This document shows positions 41,734-52,827 of a DNA stretch of 64,000 nt, one piece after another. Source of the stretch: an uncultured delta proteobacterium (GTDB lineage: Bacteria > Desulfobacterota > Binatia > UBA9968); the NCBI GenBank assembly GCA_963755715.1, contig CAVWLW010000033.1, positions 192,001 to 256,000 of the forward strand, written 5' to 3'. Position 1 is the first letter of the stretch, and each line of letters opens with the position of its first letter. The notes beneath the pieces are model-generated. The model was given only the letters and a program-made list of their open reading frames with translations, was not told the origin of the DNA and did no database searches. The translations under genes were made by a program, and so were the position numbers.

Positions 41734-42720
41734 CTAGACAAAAATCGCCTTGGGAATCATTCCGTGGATCCCTTTTGTACCGTTCACCACTTGAGTTACG
41801 TGATAATCCACCGCAACACTGGCGATCATGTAGGCCTCTTCTCTTGTCAGATGCGGAAATCGCTCTACAATAAAGTCGATAGTTTCGCGCACGGCCATCT
41901 TCATCGCCTCATCGAAGTTCGAATTTAGCCCCATAACGATCCAGTGGGTGGCGGTTTCCGCGCGGGGCCATCTGAGTTGCATATCCTTGCGGACAAAAAA
42001 CTGGAATCGGCCTCTAAGCCCGGTCTCAATCGCATTCAGATCAACTTCACCGTGGCCTTGGGCGGCGTGACCGTCTCCAGCTGAAAAGAGCCCGCCTCGA
42101 ACATGGATTGGCATATAGAGAACGGTGCCCGTGCCGAGGTCTTTGATGTCGATATTCCCAGTATGCACGCCAGGGGGAGCGGTGCTTACACGTCCCATGC
42201 TGGGATGAGGGGCTACGCCCATCGTGCCAAAGAACGGTTTGTTCACGGGGACAACAACCCCTTTAGCCACGTCAGCTGTCTTCTTGTGCCGGTCGATGGG
42301 AATGACTCGTTGCCAGAAGCGAGTGAAATCGTCGGGCAAAGCACCCGTAGAAGGGCGCTGCCTGTTGTAACCGTAGCTGTACGCTAGCTCGACCTCCAAA
42401 ATCTGCACCTCAAGCACGTCGCCAGGCTCGGCTCCGTTGACGTAAACCGGCCCCACCATAATGTGAGGCCCCGGACCGCGGTCCTTTACCTCCCGATAGA
42501 TCGCACGGTAGTCCTCCGGGATCTCGCTCGCCGCGAAGCCGGCGCGCTCGGCTTCCGACGGGTCCAACCTCGGCACGTCTTCAATAATGACGACATCACC
42601 GGAATCGACGGTTAGCGCCGGCTTGACCGCGGCGCTGAAATAGCCCCAGTGCACATTCGTCGGATTGGCTTTAATCTCATAGATGTTGTGTGGCTGAATC
42701 TGAGCTTCACTTCGGGCCAT
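41734..42720 (-). CDS. Acetamidase/formamidase family protein
   Basis: HWGYF, GAEPGD, GNIDIK, GDGHAAQGHGE. Confidence 0.9.
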   Translation of the reverse strand: MARSEAQIQPHNIYEIKANPTNVHWGYFSAAVKPALTVDSGDVVIIEDVPRLDPSEAERAGFAASEIPEDYRAIYREVKDRGPGPHIMVGPVYVNGAEPGDVLEVQILEVELAYSYGYNRQRPSTGALPDDFTRFWQRVIPIDRHKKTADVAKGVVVPVNKPFFGTMGVAPHPSMGRVSTAPPGVHTGNIDIKDLGTGTVLYMPIHVRGGLFSAGDGHAAQGHGEVDLNAIETGLRGRFQFFVRKDMQLRWPRAETATHWIVMGLNSNFDEAMKMAVRETIDFIVERFPHLTREEAYMIASVAVDYHVTQVVNGTKGIHGMIPKAIFV

Positions 42721-42872
42721 CTAATCCTCCTGGGGCTTTACAGCATCTAGCGCATCACGATGATTTTTTTCGGGCTCGACAAACTCGCTTTTTCAATTTC
42801 AATACGGCTGGGAATGGCTGATGTCAAACTCAATTTTTTCTCAGCGAGGCGCCGCTAGGAGATCCGCTTTGT

Positions 42873-43904
42873 TCAAGAGTCCTTGGGCACCAAAAGTTCT
42901 CTTAATTTTCCTACCAGAGTTGGGCTGAGAGTGAAAAAGTCCCGTACAATGTTTTCCAATTCCCTGGCATATATAGGGTTGATTGCCAAGTTGGATTTCT
43001 TTGCCTCGGACAAGAAGTCCGGATCTTTCATAGTTGCGACAAAGGCATCCTGTAGCAGTTTGACTCGATCCTTTGGCGTCCCTGGTGGGAGCGAATAGGG
43101 CTGAGTGATCACAGCGGGATCGATGATCCCTGTCTTGATCAATTGACGGGCTTCATCGTTTTTGGCTAAGTCGAGAGCATTGGGCACGCCCAATAGCTCA
43201 GCATGCTTCTGCGCTGCCGCTTGTATTACGACTTTCACGTCTCCGGAAGCTAACTGTTGGCTCCAATTTACTTTCATCGTCTCCCAGGGCCAACAGCCGC
43301 CTGCTACCTCGCGGGCGTCTGCCGCCAATCGGATCTCAGCGGTGCCTTTATATCCTTCAACGAGTTGTATAGGGAGATTTAGAACCGCCTTCAGGACTCT
43401 GGGAATATCGGAGGTGGAAGCCCCAGGGGCAATGCCGCCTATTTTGACGGGCGTCGTCGCCACAAGCCAACTGTCAACGCTCGTGATACCGCTTGCCTTA
43501 GTCAAGGCACAGACGGGACTGTCGGGTTTTGGGGTTCCGATCCATTCAAATCTTCGGGCATCGAACTCAATTCCCTTCGTGCCAAGAACCTGCTGCAAGA
43601 CCAGCAACCCAATCCAGTTGCCGATAGTCAGGCCATCGGGCTTAGCGATATTGTAGAGGTAGTTGGCCGCAATCATCATTCCGGCTCCGGGCATGTAGTC
43701 AATATTAATTGTAGGGTTGCCAGGGATGTGTTTCCCCATGTGGCGCGAGATCGCACGAGAATAAGCGTCGAAGCCTCCTCCTGGTGGAGTACCAAGGACA
43801 ATGCGAATGACTTTGCCCTTAAAGAATTCTTGGGCTGTTGCCGTCGATGTAAAGAAGGCAAAGCACAAGATACTCATATACAGCAATGGGCGTCGGCAGA
43901 TCAT
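42873..43904 (-). CDS. Bug/TctC-like solute-binding protein (orphan)
   Basis: PGGGFD, MPGAG, PDGLT, GYKG. Confidence 0.85.
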   Translation of the reverse strand: MICRRPLLYMSILCFAFFTSTATAQEFFKGKVIRIVLGTPPGGGFDAYSRAISRHMGKHIPGNPTINIDYMPGAGMMIAANYLYNIAKPDGLTIGNWIGLLVLQQVLGTKGIEFDARRFEWIGTPKPDSPVCALTKASGITSVDSWLVATTPVKIGGIAPGASTSDIPRVLKAVLNLPIQLVEGYKGTAEIRLAADAREVAGGCWPWETMKVNWSQQLASGDVKVVIQAAAQKHAELLGVPNALDLAKNDEARQLIKTGIIDPAVITQPYSLPPGTPKDRVKLLQDAFVATMKDPDFLSEAKKSNLAINPIYARELENIVRDFFTLSPTLVGKLRELLVPKDS

Positions 43905-44129
43905 GACGTTCCCCCTTAGGATTCAAGCGAATTAGTTAGCGCCAGCTGAACGCGCTGCAGCTTAGATAAAATAAAAATATTCGACAATAGCAACTTCGGC
44001 GTTATTTCTCTGAGGATTATTCTCTTAGAGGAATCTCCGAGCGCGGTCTTTACCTAGAATCGACTGAAGCCTCAGGAGAAATTCCAGCGGGCACAAAACT
44101 AACTATCTTGCGTGAGCGTTTCGTCCCCT

Positions 44130-45128
44130 TCACACTGTTACGGAGTCCTCGTGCGATCTCAAAAAATTCTCCCACGCGGAACGTGACGGGGCGACTTTTT
44201 CCTGTAGCTTCTGCTTGCCGCCTTCGCTCATTGGTGTGAAGTTGAGCGCCGCTTGGACGTTTTGTTCGAGCGGCGCGAGTTGTTCGCAGCCGATGATGAC
44301 GCTAGCGACCGGTTGGCTCAAGTTGAACTGCAAAAGCTCGGCGGGGGAGGCGCGACCGGCACCGCTGCCGACGAGCATGCCTTGGCCCATGACTTTCATC
44401 GACAGGATGCCCACGTTTTTCTGCAGCGCTACCGGCAGAGCGGATTGTTCGAAGGCGGGGATCGGTTCCATTTTGCGCTGGGCGACGGGGTTGGCGGATT
44501 GGGCGGCGTTGAGCGACATCAAGACGGTGTCGAAGTCGTGGCGGCGCAAGGCTTCGGCCATGGCGGCGCCGTCGTTGTGGCCGGTGATGCCGATGAAGCG
44601 GACGACTTTCTGTTTTTTCAATTCCTGTATTGCCGCGAGCACGCCGTCGGGTTTGCCGATGCGTTCGAGGTCGTCGAGATTGTTCAAGCTGTGGATCTGA
44701 ATCAGATCCACGTAATCGCTTTGCAAGTACTTTAAACTCGTTTCCACCGAACGGAGCGCGCCGTCACGGTCTCGTGGGTCGATCTTGGTAGCGAGGAAGA
44801 TTTCTTTCCGCCGCGTCTTTAGAAATTCGCCCAGCCGCTTTTCGCTCAATCTTTCGATTGGACGCCGTGTGTACGAACCTGCGGTGTCGAAATAATTGAT
44901 GCCGAAGTCAAACGCTTTCTCCAATAGTGCCTGAGCGGCGTCTTCGTTTTCGATGGAGCAGAAGCGCGTGCCGGAGCCGAAGCCGATGCAGGAAACCATC
45001 TCGCCAGTCTTGCCCAGGCGGCGCTTCGGCAGTGAGCTCGCCGCGCCCCATGATTGTTCCGCCGCGCCGAGCACGACGGCGGCGGTGGTGGTTTTCAGAA
45101 ATTCGCGACGGGACCAACGTGTTTTCAT
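44130..45128 (-). CDS. Aldo/keto reductase with Tat signal
   Basis: SRREFLK, YFDTA..Y, ATK, IGITGH. Confidence 0.88.
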   Translation of the reverse strand: MKTRWSRREFLKTTTAAVVLGAAEQSWGAASSLPKRRLGKTGEMVSCIGFGSGTRFCSIENEDAAQALLEKAFDFGINYFDTAGSYTRRPIERLSEKRLGEFLKTRRKEIFLATKIDPRDRDGALRSVETSLKYLQSDYVDLIQIHSLNNLDDLERIGKPDGVLAAIQELKKQKVVRFIGITGHNDGAAMAEALRRHDFDTVLMSLNAAQSANPVAQRKMEPIPAFEQSALPVALQKNVGILSMKVMGQGMLVGSGAGRASPAELLQFNLSQPVASVIIGCEQLAPLEQNVQAALNFTPMSEGGKQKLQEKVAPSRSAWENFLRSHEDSVTV

Positions 45129-45438
45129 AGTGGCTCCTTTCTGGTTGCGCAGCGAGATTTTATCACGGCCATCATAACCCAATTCGCAGTCTCGCTGTCA
45201 ATCCTCATGATTACGCTCTTTCGCTGAGTATCGGCCCGGCCGATCCAATGAATATCTAAGCCGCGACGCTGAGCGCCGGGAGAAAAGTCGCGATGCATCG
45301 TTCGCCGGGCTTTCGTGGGTGGCTCATGTTTCGCCACAATTTGCTATGTCCAAATTGACGCGCCACGACGTTGTCGAATTTTAAGCAGGTACTGCTCCTT
45401 TGGATGAGTGAAACTACAGCAACCAGGAGGTACAAGGG

Positions 45439-46360
45439 TCAGTTTTGATGACGTTGCTCGATCGCCAACTTTTCGACGAGCGCATTCTTTACCAATTCTA
45501 CGTTGGTATTTGGAGAATGGCGATGCGCTTCGACGATCATGAGCTGGGTGTTCGGTAAGCCGCCCTCTTTGATTGTGAGAATTTTCAGAGATTTTCTTCG
45601 GACTTCGTCCTTCACCGTAAAATGCGGCAAGACCGTGACGCCAACGCCCGCGCGCGCAGCTTCTTTCCTCGCCCGAAGATTACTTATCGCCATGCCGTTC
45701 GCCGGTAAGGGAAAGTGATACTTCTCCAACGCATCGTCGAGCACGACGGGAAAGTCAATACATTTCTTACACGTGGATAAAAGGCACGGTCTGAAGCTCG
45801 CTCGGGAAACCATCTTTTGTTCGTCAAATCCGATCTGTCGAAGCGATAACGAAGCTGATAGCCGCTCAGATCTGGCGGCACGATGACGATCGATCCACTC
45901 GGCGCGCTGTCCGCCAGCAAGACGGCGAGATCAAGGCTGCCTTGTTGAAGAGACTCGTAGGTAATCGCTCGAGCTTGCGACAGGAACGTCAATTTTAACT
46001 TGGGAAATTGTTTTGAGATGCTGCCAATCACTTCCGGCAAAACATAAATTCCCACGGAGCGGGTCGCGCGATGTGTACTTCCTCCAAATTGCGATTTTTG
46101 AGCGCCAGCAAAGCACCTTGTATGGCGTCGGTTTGAGCAATGACCTCGTGCGCGAAATCGAGAAACAATTCTCCTTCTTTGGTGAGTCTGAATTGGCGCT
46201 GCGATCGCTCGATGAACTTAGATCCGGCTTGTTCTTCGAGCTTGGCGATTTGAGTGCTGATCGCGGCCTGCGACTTGTGCACGCGTGCGGTTGCGCGGCT
46301 GAAGCTCTTGCATGCGCAGACCGCTATCAAGGTCCGAAGATAGTCAGTCGTCAGGTCCAT
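45439..46360 (-). pseudogene. LysR-family regulator split over three frames (pseudogene or sequencing error)
   Basis: HTH SFSRAT..SQAAIS..LEE; substrate-binding domain in ORFs 45684-46055 and 45439-45813. Confidence 0.7.
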
Positions 46361-46585
46361 AACGGAAACGAATCATAGTATCAAAACAATTTATTTGACA
46401 AGGATTGAAATCCTGGCAAGAGGCGTTGAGGAAAGCTTTGCGAAGTGGAGGGCAGGAGCAAGTCAACCAAAATAAAAACTAAAATCAGGAGGCTAACATG
46501 AAAGACCCTGATCCGTAGGTAACTATTTCATGATGTGATTTTGCCAGATCTGCTTTACGGCAATCTAAAGACATAGCGAGAAAGG

Positions 46586-47008
46586 GTGGCCATGTTGAAA
46601 TCCGTATGCGTGCTCTTCGCGGTATTGTTGGTCGCGCCGCTGGCCTCCGCGGAAGTCTTCAAATGTGTGGGAAAATATGGCGAGGCTCTCTATCAGAATT
46701 TTCCCTGCCAGTTTGTGTCGATGGGCGGGATGCCAATGGATACTCCGGGCCCAAAGGAATTACCCGCGGACGTCCCGGGGGCAAAGAAATCACCCACGGA
46801 TGTCTCCGGCGCAAAGAAATCACCCACTGCGTCCGCAGCGCCGCGCGCCGGCATGACGGGCGACGAAGTCAGAGCCATTTGGGGAGAGCCCACGGAGATC
46901 ATTCAGGAGGAGCCGGGCGAAGGTAGTCGCTTCGAGGTCTGGTCATATGGTGACTCTCGCTCCGTGCGCTTTGATCGCAAAAGGCGCGTGTCCTCCGTAC
47001 AAAAGTAG
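46586..47008 (+). CDS. Secreted DUF4124-like protein with C-terminal BamE-like domain
   Basis: Signal peptide, VFKC..G..YQNFPC, GMTGDEVRAIWGEP..WSY. Confidence 0.65.
   Translation: MAMLKSVCVLFAVLLVAPLASAEVFKCVGKYGEALYQNFPCQFVSMGGMPMDTPGPKELPADVPGAKKSPTDVSGAKKSPTASAAPRAGMTGDEVRAIWGEPTEIIQEEPGEGSRFEVWSYGDSRSVRFDRKRRVSSVQK
46751..46834 (+). repeat. About three 30-bp in-frame tandem repeats
   Basis: PKELPADVPG/AKKSPTDVSG/AKKSPTAS. Confidence 0.8.
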
Positions 47009-47150
47009 AATGTGGCGCTCGGGAGGATTGGTCGCGCCTCAAACAAAGCGAGCGATCCGCTCATACAGGCCGCTATCCTTTAGGATTACGTTAAGCAGAA
47101 GCACGGGGGTTGTCTATCGTATCAAAAGCTGAGGTGAAAGGAATAGTCAA

Positions 47151-48789
47151 ATGAAACGACATCCATGCAATACGCAAAGGCGCGTACTGCGCACAGCAAT
47201 ATTCGCGGCTAGTTTGGCCATTCTGGCATTCGGCGGCAACGCACTGGCGGCCAGTGTAAGCCAAAGCGGCGAGCAGAAGAACATGCGTCGCGTGGGGCAT
47301 ACCGACCTGCAAGGGCGGCCTGGCTACCAACCGAACGTTATTCAGTACCCGGATGGAAGATTCATTGCATTCGCCGGCACGCACAGCAATATTCCGGTAA
47401 CCAAACCGGGCTTTACTTTTTTGCCGAACCCGCTGAACAACAATACGGATGAGCCGAACGGAACGATGATCATTGACGTCACCGATCCGAGTAATACGAA
47501 GGAGATGTCCCATATTCCGGTTCCGGTCGCCGGCGGCCAGGCGCAAATGGCGCGGATGTGCCTGGGCTCCGACCTGAACGAGGACCTACGGGGCAAGGTT
47601 TATTTGATGCGCAACATCCAGGGCAATACCGCCCAAATGTCCGGCTACGAAGTCTGGGACGTGACCGATATCAAAAAGCCGGTGCTCGCGTCGGCGCTGC
47701 GGGGGATACGCTCCACGCACAAGCTCTGGTGGGAGTGCGACACCGGCATCGCCTACATGCCGGGCAGCAAGGACTCCGGGCCCTATGGCGTCAAGCGCAG
47801 TCGATGGTAATCGTCGACTGGCAAAACCCGCTACGCTCCTCCAATCTACCTCCGCACGTTCGGTTTGGTCGGTGCGGCAACCAGGCTCGACCGGTGCAGT
47901 GGCCACTTCGCTCCATGGTGCGATCTCGGCGCACGAACATCCTGATGCGGCTAACAAACTGGCCCGTGGGGCCACAGCCGACGACATCATCGGGAACCGC
48001 GTGTACGGGGCATGGGGCGTCGGCGACGATGGCGTGTTGACGATTCTGGACCGGAAGAAGCTCCTACCGCCGCTTAGTGGTGGTCGTGGCGGTAACGTAC
48101 ATGGGCGACCCTGACGCAGCCGACGGAAGCTGACTTGCTGGCTCCGCTGGCCGGGATTCTTTACATGTCCCCGACCAAGGCGGCCACACCTCGATGCCGG
48201 TGTTCGGGTTAAAACCGGCGAGCTATCAGAGCTTCACCGAGTTCCAGACGCGCGACATCGTGCTCTTGGCGTCGGAAGCGACGGCCGACCTGTGTGACGA
48301 GGCGCCGCACTGGAGCTTCGTCGTCGATGTGTCCGTGGAAAATTCGAAGTCCGCCCCTCCAGGCACCAGGGTGCAGCCGAATGTCTTTCAGGGACCCATG
48401 GTCCTGTAGACGATGTCGGTCGATCCGATTTGATGGCGATAAATATCCGCGCGGCAACTACTGCGCGCGTGGAGCGCGCTTCGGTATGCACTCGAGCGAG
48501 GAGAACTTCAATAATCCGTTGTACGGTAAGCTGACGGCGATCGCGCTACTTCACGGGGGGCGTGCGGATTTGGGACATCCGCGAGCCGCAGGCCCCGGTC
48601 GAAGTCGCGTTTTACGTACCTGAGTCCAACGCCAACACCAATCCCGACGGTTACATGACCAACAACGTCGAGATCGACGATCGTGGCTTTATCTACGTGG
48701 TCGATCGTAATGGCGCAGGGTTCGACATCCTGCAGCTGACAGGAAAGGCGCTCGACATCGCCTTCCCGGCGGCACGGCCACTCAGGTAG
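47151..48789 (+). CDS. Secreted LVIVD-repeat beta-propeller protein (multiple frameshifts)
   Basis: NMRRVGHTDLQGR, IIDVTDP, HKLWWEC, RIWDIREP..EVAFYVP, IYVVDR. Confidence 0.7.
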
Positions 48790-48806
48790 ACTGCATTGGC
48801 TAACGC

Positions 48807-48842
48807 ACACAGGGCACGCGAGAATGGCGTGCCCTGTGTTTT
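48807..48842 (+). terminator. Intrinsic terminator
   Basis: CACAGGGCACGC-loop-GCGTGCCCTGTG followed by TTTT. Confidence 0.7.
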
Positions 48843-48923
48843 GCTTTCGTGCATCGTGCGAGCGGCTTTGTGCGGCTCTTCGTCGCATGATCGTCGATGC
48901 ACGCAGAAACGAGCGAGCTCATT

Positions 48924-49323
48924 ATGAAAGGACTTTTATTTACGCTGTTCTGTGGCGCCGTCCTGATGACACTGGCAGCGCCGGCGATGTCTCACGACTG
49001 CAGGGTGCGGGATGCTTACCTTCGCGGTGCTTATGAAGGTGACTGCGACGAACGCACCGAGATGGCGCAAGGGAAGGGCGAAGCCAAGGGAGCCGACATG
49101 TATGTCGGTGACTTCGTCAAGGGCAAACCGACCGGGAAAGGCCTCTATACTATGGGAGAACGGCGCGCGCCTGGACGGAAGCTTTAAGGAAGGCAAAGCC
49201 CATGGCCCAGGAGTCTACGTGAGCGCCAAGGGTATGCGCTACGAAGGACAATTCGTCAATGGCAAGCTGGAAGGATTGAAGATCGCCGATTGTCCTTCAA
49301 CGCCCGGGCCGCTCAGCTGCTGA
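48924..49323 (+). CDS. Secreted MORN-repeat protein (frameshift near 49150)
   Basis: YEGDC, YVGDFVKGKPTGKG, GSFKEGKAHGPG, YEGQFVNGK. Confidence 0.75.
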
Positions 49324-49621
49324 GATTGTGTTCGCCGACCGATATTGAGCAATGCCAAACGATTGACGCCGGCAACCAAGAAAAAATTTCTAGGCAAAGA
49401 AAATTAAAAGAGATGATCAACAGACTGCGAGGTACAAACAATAATGCTCTCATGACCAGCTGGCGCGGCTGAACCAGGCGGGACTGGACGCGGGTGTGCC
49501 GGCGCCGCATGGGACAGGGTGCGGACAAGACCACCACAAAGTTCTGCCACATCGATAAAAAGCAGTAAGAAAGAACTTTCACTGTGGACTAAAGGGGAAA
49601 GATGTGGGTTTTTCTTCCTTT

Positions 49622-49668
49622 GATCCTTCGAGGGCATAATGTTATGAACGTTATGCCCTCGAAGGATC
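49622..49668. repeat. 18-bp perfect inverted repeat
   Basis: GATCCTTCGAGGGCATAA-N11-TTATGCCCTCGAAGGATC. Confidence 0.9.
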
Positions 49669-49830
49669 GACTTTCGCTAAATTCTATCCCACTCATCATC
49701 ATCACCAAGAAACCGAATAGGGTTTTTTTCTCTGGCTACTGGTGCCGGGGGTTGCGGGCATGCCAGTATTTTTGATAGAGGGCTGCTTCTATCGTGACTG
49801 CTACGGAGCCTCAATGACTGGCAACGGAGG

Positions 49831-50823
49831 GTGAGTTCAATGAAATTAAATTTTAACCGACTGTTGTTCTTAGCGCCAATGATTCTGTTCTCATGGCAGA
49901 CAGTTCAAGCGTGGGAACCCACCAAACCCATTGAGTTTGTCATACCGGCCGGCACCGGCGGCGGCGCCGATCAGATGGCGCGGCTGATCAGTGGCATCGC
50001 CGAAAAAAATAAGCTGTCGCCTCGGCCTTTGATCGCCATCAATAAATCGGGCGGCGCCGGGGCTGAGGGATTTCTCTACGTCAAGGAGAAAAAAGGCGAT
50101 CCGCATGTGATCATCATCACGCTGTCCAACCTTTTTACGACTCCACTGCACACCGGGGTGCCATTCAACTGGAAGGACTTAACGCCGATCGCGCGCATGG
50201 CCCTCGATCAGTTTATTCTGTGGGTGAACGCCGAAACGTCCTACAAGACCGCGAAGGAATATATCGCAGCTGTGAAGGCTCAATCGGCCGGAAGCAATAG
50301 AATGAAGATGGGTGGCACGGGCTCGGCGCAAGAAGATCAAATCATCACGATCCAGCTGGAACAGGCGTTGGGAGTCAAGTTTACGTACGTGCCATTTAAA
50401 GGCGGTGGCGAGGTCTGTGTGAATCTGGTCGGCAAGCACATCGATTCGACAGTCAATAATCCCGCCGAATGTGTGAGTCACTGGAAGGCGGGCCGCGTGC
50501 GACCGCTGGCAGTTTTCGACACCGCGCGAATTGCCGATGAGAATTGGAAAGGGATACCTACGATCAAGGAAGCGCTCGGCGCCGACATCCACTATCTCAT
50601 GCTGCGCGGCATCTTCGGCGCGCCCGGAATACCGAAAGATGCCGTGCAATGGTACATCGATTTTCTGAAAAAAGTTTACGATTCGGCAGAGTTCAAGAAA
50701 TATCTTTCCGAAGGCGCGCTGAAGCCCGCGTTTGCGACCGGCGATGAGTACGTCAAGTGGATCGAGGCCAACGAACAGCTCCATAAAGATTTGATGGCCA
50801 AGGGCGGATTGCTCAACAAGTGA
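49831..50823 (+). CDS. tctC: Tripartite tricarboxylate transporter substrate-binding protein
   Basis: PAGTGGGAD, NKSGGAG, YVPFKGGG. Confidence 0.9.
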   Translation: MSSMKLNFNRLLFLAPMILFSWQTVQAWEPTKPIEFVIPAGTGGGADQMARLISGIAEKNKLSPRPLIAINKSGGAGAEGFLYVKEKKGDPHVIIITLSNLFTTPLHTGVPFNWKDLTPIARMALDQFILWVNAETSYKTAKEYIAAVKAQSAGSNRMKMGGTGSAQEDQIITIQLEQALGVKFTYVPFKGGGEVCVNLVGKHIDSTVNNPAECVSHWKAGRVRPLAVFDTARIADENWKGIPTIKEALGADIHYLMLRGIFGAPGIPKDAVQWYIDFLKKVYDSAEFKKYLSEGALKPAFATGDEYVKWIEANEQLHKDLMAKGGLLNK

Positions 50824-50824
50824 G

Positions 50825-51286
50825 ATGCGCACCGCGGATTTCATCACCGCTGCTATTTTGCTGCTGTTGGGCGTCGTCGTTCTCTTCGATGCCATCCGCC
50901 TCGGTTTCGGTTGGGGCACAGATGGCCCAAAGAGCGGATTCTTCCCGTTTTGGCTGGCGCTCATTATGGTCGTGACTTGTGGATTAATTATTCTTCAGAC
51001 TTTGCGGCGACCGTCCGGTGAAACATTTGTCACGCGGCAACAGCTCGGTCCGGTCCTCAAAGTGATTTGGCCCGCAACGGCGATGGTGCTACTCACGCAT
51101 TTCGTCGGCCTGTATGTCGCCGCTGCCCTTTATATCGGCTTTTACATGCGCTGGGTCGGACGCCACTCCTGGTTTAGCGTAGTTGGAATTGCGGTTGCGG
51201 TCCCTGTTATCAGTTTCGTCATTTTTGAATTGTGGTTCTTGGTGCCGATGCCGAAGGGACCGCTCGAGAACTGGCTGGGCTACTGA
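50825..51286 (+). CDS. tctB: TTT small permease
   Basis: 4 TM segments, GFFPFW, VPMPKG. Confidence 0.88.
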   Translation: MRTADFITAAILLLLGVVVLFDAIRLGFGWGTDGPKSGFFPFWLALIMVVTCGLIILQTLRRPSGETFVTRQQLGPVLKVIWPATAMVLLTHFVGLYVAAALYIGFYMRWVGRHSWFSVVGIAVAVPVISFVIFELWFLVPMPKGPLENWLGY

Positions 51287-52806
51287 TGGGGCTGGAAAAT
51301 ATTTTTCTCGGGTTTGAGCAGGCACTGGCGCACCAGAACTTGCTTTATGCTGCCATCGGCATCACTCTTGGCACGATCATCGGCGTGCTTCCGGGCTTGG
51401 GCGGCGCAAACGGGGTCGCGATTTTGTTGCCGCTCACACTGCGCATGCCGCCGACCTCGGCGATCATCCTGCTCACATCTATTTATTGGGGAGCGCTGTT
51501 CGGCGGCGCCATCACTTCGGTGCTGTTCAACATCCCCGGCGAGCCGTGGTCCGTGGCGACCACGTTTGACGGTTACCCGCTGGCGCGACAGGGGAAAAGT
51601 GGCCAAGCGCTGACGGCTGCGTTCACTTCCTCGTTCATCGGGGCTCTGTTTGCAACCGTGCTCATCACTTTTTTTGCCCCTCTACTTGCCGACGTGGCGC
51701 TCAGATTCGGCCCGCCGGAAATATTTTCGATTCAACTGCTGACCTTCTCCGCGTTCGTTGGCCTGGGCGGAGGCAATCCTCTTAAAACCGTGGTCTCGAT
51801 CATGATCGGATTTATATTGGCTACGGTTGGTCTCGATATCGTCACTGGGCAGCTGCGCATGACGTTCGGCGTTACCTCGCTCATGCAGGGCTTTGATTTT
51901 ATCATAGCCGTCATCGGCCTCTTCGGGATCGGCGAGATCATGCTTTCCGTCGAGGAAGGGCTGAGCTTCAAAGGGGTCAGCAGCAAGATGAACCTCTTCG
52001 TGGTTCTGGAAACCTGGAAAATTTTGCCGCGCTATTGGCGCACATTCATGCGCAGTTGTCTCATCGGGTTTTGGATGGGCTTCAAACCTGGCGGCGCGAC
52101 TCCCGCTTCGTTCATGAGCTACTCCTTCGCAAAACGCTTCTCCAAAAACCCCGAAGAGTTCGGCAAGGGTGCACTGGAAGGCGTCGTCGCCCCGGAGACA
52201 GCAGCCCATGCCGCAGGTGTCGCGGCGATGCTGCCAATGATCACGCTGGGAATCCCGGGGTCGCCGACTGCGGCCGTGATGCTCGGCGGACTGATCATAT
52301 GGGGACTGCAACCCGGTCCATTGCTCTTCACGGAGAAGCCGGAGTTCGTCTGGGGACTAATCGCGAGCATGTACACCGGCAACATCCTCGGCGTGCTTAT
52401 GGTTCTGGCGTTCGTACCTTTTTTCGCGGCCATTCTGCGCATTCCATTTGCGATTCTCACGCCACTCATCGTCGTGCTCTGCGCTATCGGTTCGTACGCT
52501 GTGCACAACGCCATGATCGATGTTTGGTATATGCTGCTGTTCGGGGTGGTGGGATACGTTTTCAAGAAACTTGATTACCCATTGGCGCCTCTGGTCCTGG
52601 CGCTGGTCCTGGGTGATATGGCGGAGAACGCACTGCGGCAGAGCCTGATCATGTCGCAAGGATCATTGGCCATTTTTCTAAATCGACCGATCGCCGGAGT
52701 GATCACAGCCGTGGCCTTGTTATTTTTCATGATGCCCATCATCACGCCGTGGTGGCGGCGATTACGCGGACTGCCCGCGGCAACGCCGGCTCCTCGGGAA
52801 ATTTGA
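51286..52806 (+). CDS. tctA: TTT large permease
   Basis: GVLPGLG, NIPGE, APETA, LGIPGS, PGP. Confidence 0.93.
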   Translation: MGLENIFLGFEQALAHQNLLYAAIGITLGTIIGVLPGLGGANGVAILLPLTLRMPPTSAIILLTSIYWGALFGGAITSVLFNIPGEPWSVATTFDGYPLARQGKSGQALTAAFTSSFIGALFATVLITFFAPLLADVALRFGPPEIFSIQLLTFSAFVGLGGGNPLKTVVSIMIGFILATVGLDIVTGQLRMTFGVTSLMQGFDFIIAVIGLFGIGEIMLSVEEGLSFKGVSSKMNLFVVLETWKILPRYWRTFMRSCLIGFWMGFKPGGATPASFMSYSFAKRFSKNPEEFGKGALEGVVAPETAAHAAGVAAMLPMITLGIPGSPTAAVMLGGLIIWGLQPGPLLFTEKPEFVWGLIASMYTGNILGVLMVLAFVPFFAAILRIPFAILTPLIVVLCAIGSYAVHNAMIDVWYMLLFGVVGYVFKKLDYPLAPLVLALVLGDMAENALRQSLIMSQGSLAIFLNRPIAGVITAVALLFFMMPIITPWWRRLRGLPAATPAPREI

Positions 52807-52827
52807 TCGTCGCTTAGAGACTCGTCG

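Noticed and set aside
44006-44080. Possible long stem TTCTCTGAGG..CCTCAGGAGAA upstream of the Bug gene
   Set aside because: A single imperfect pairing with no further support.
49290-49637. Small ORFs upstream of tctC
   Set aside because: No convincing start signals or protein features.
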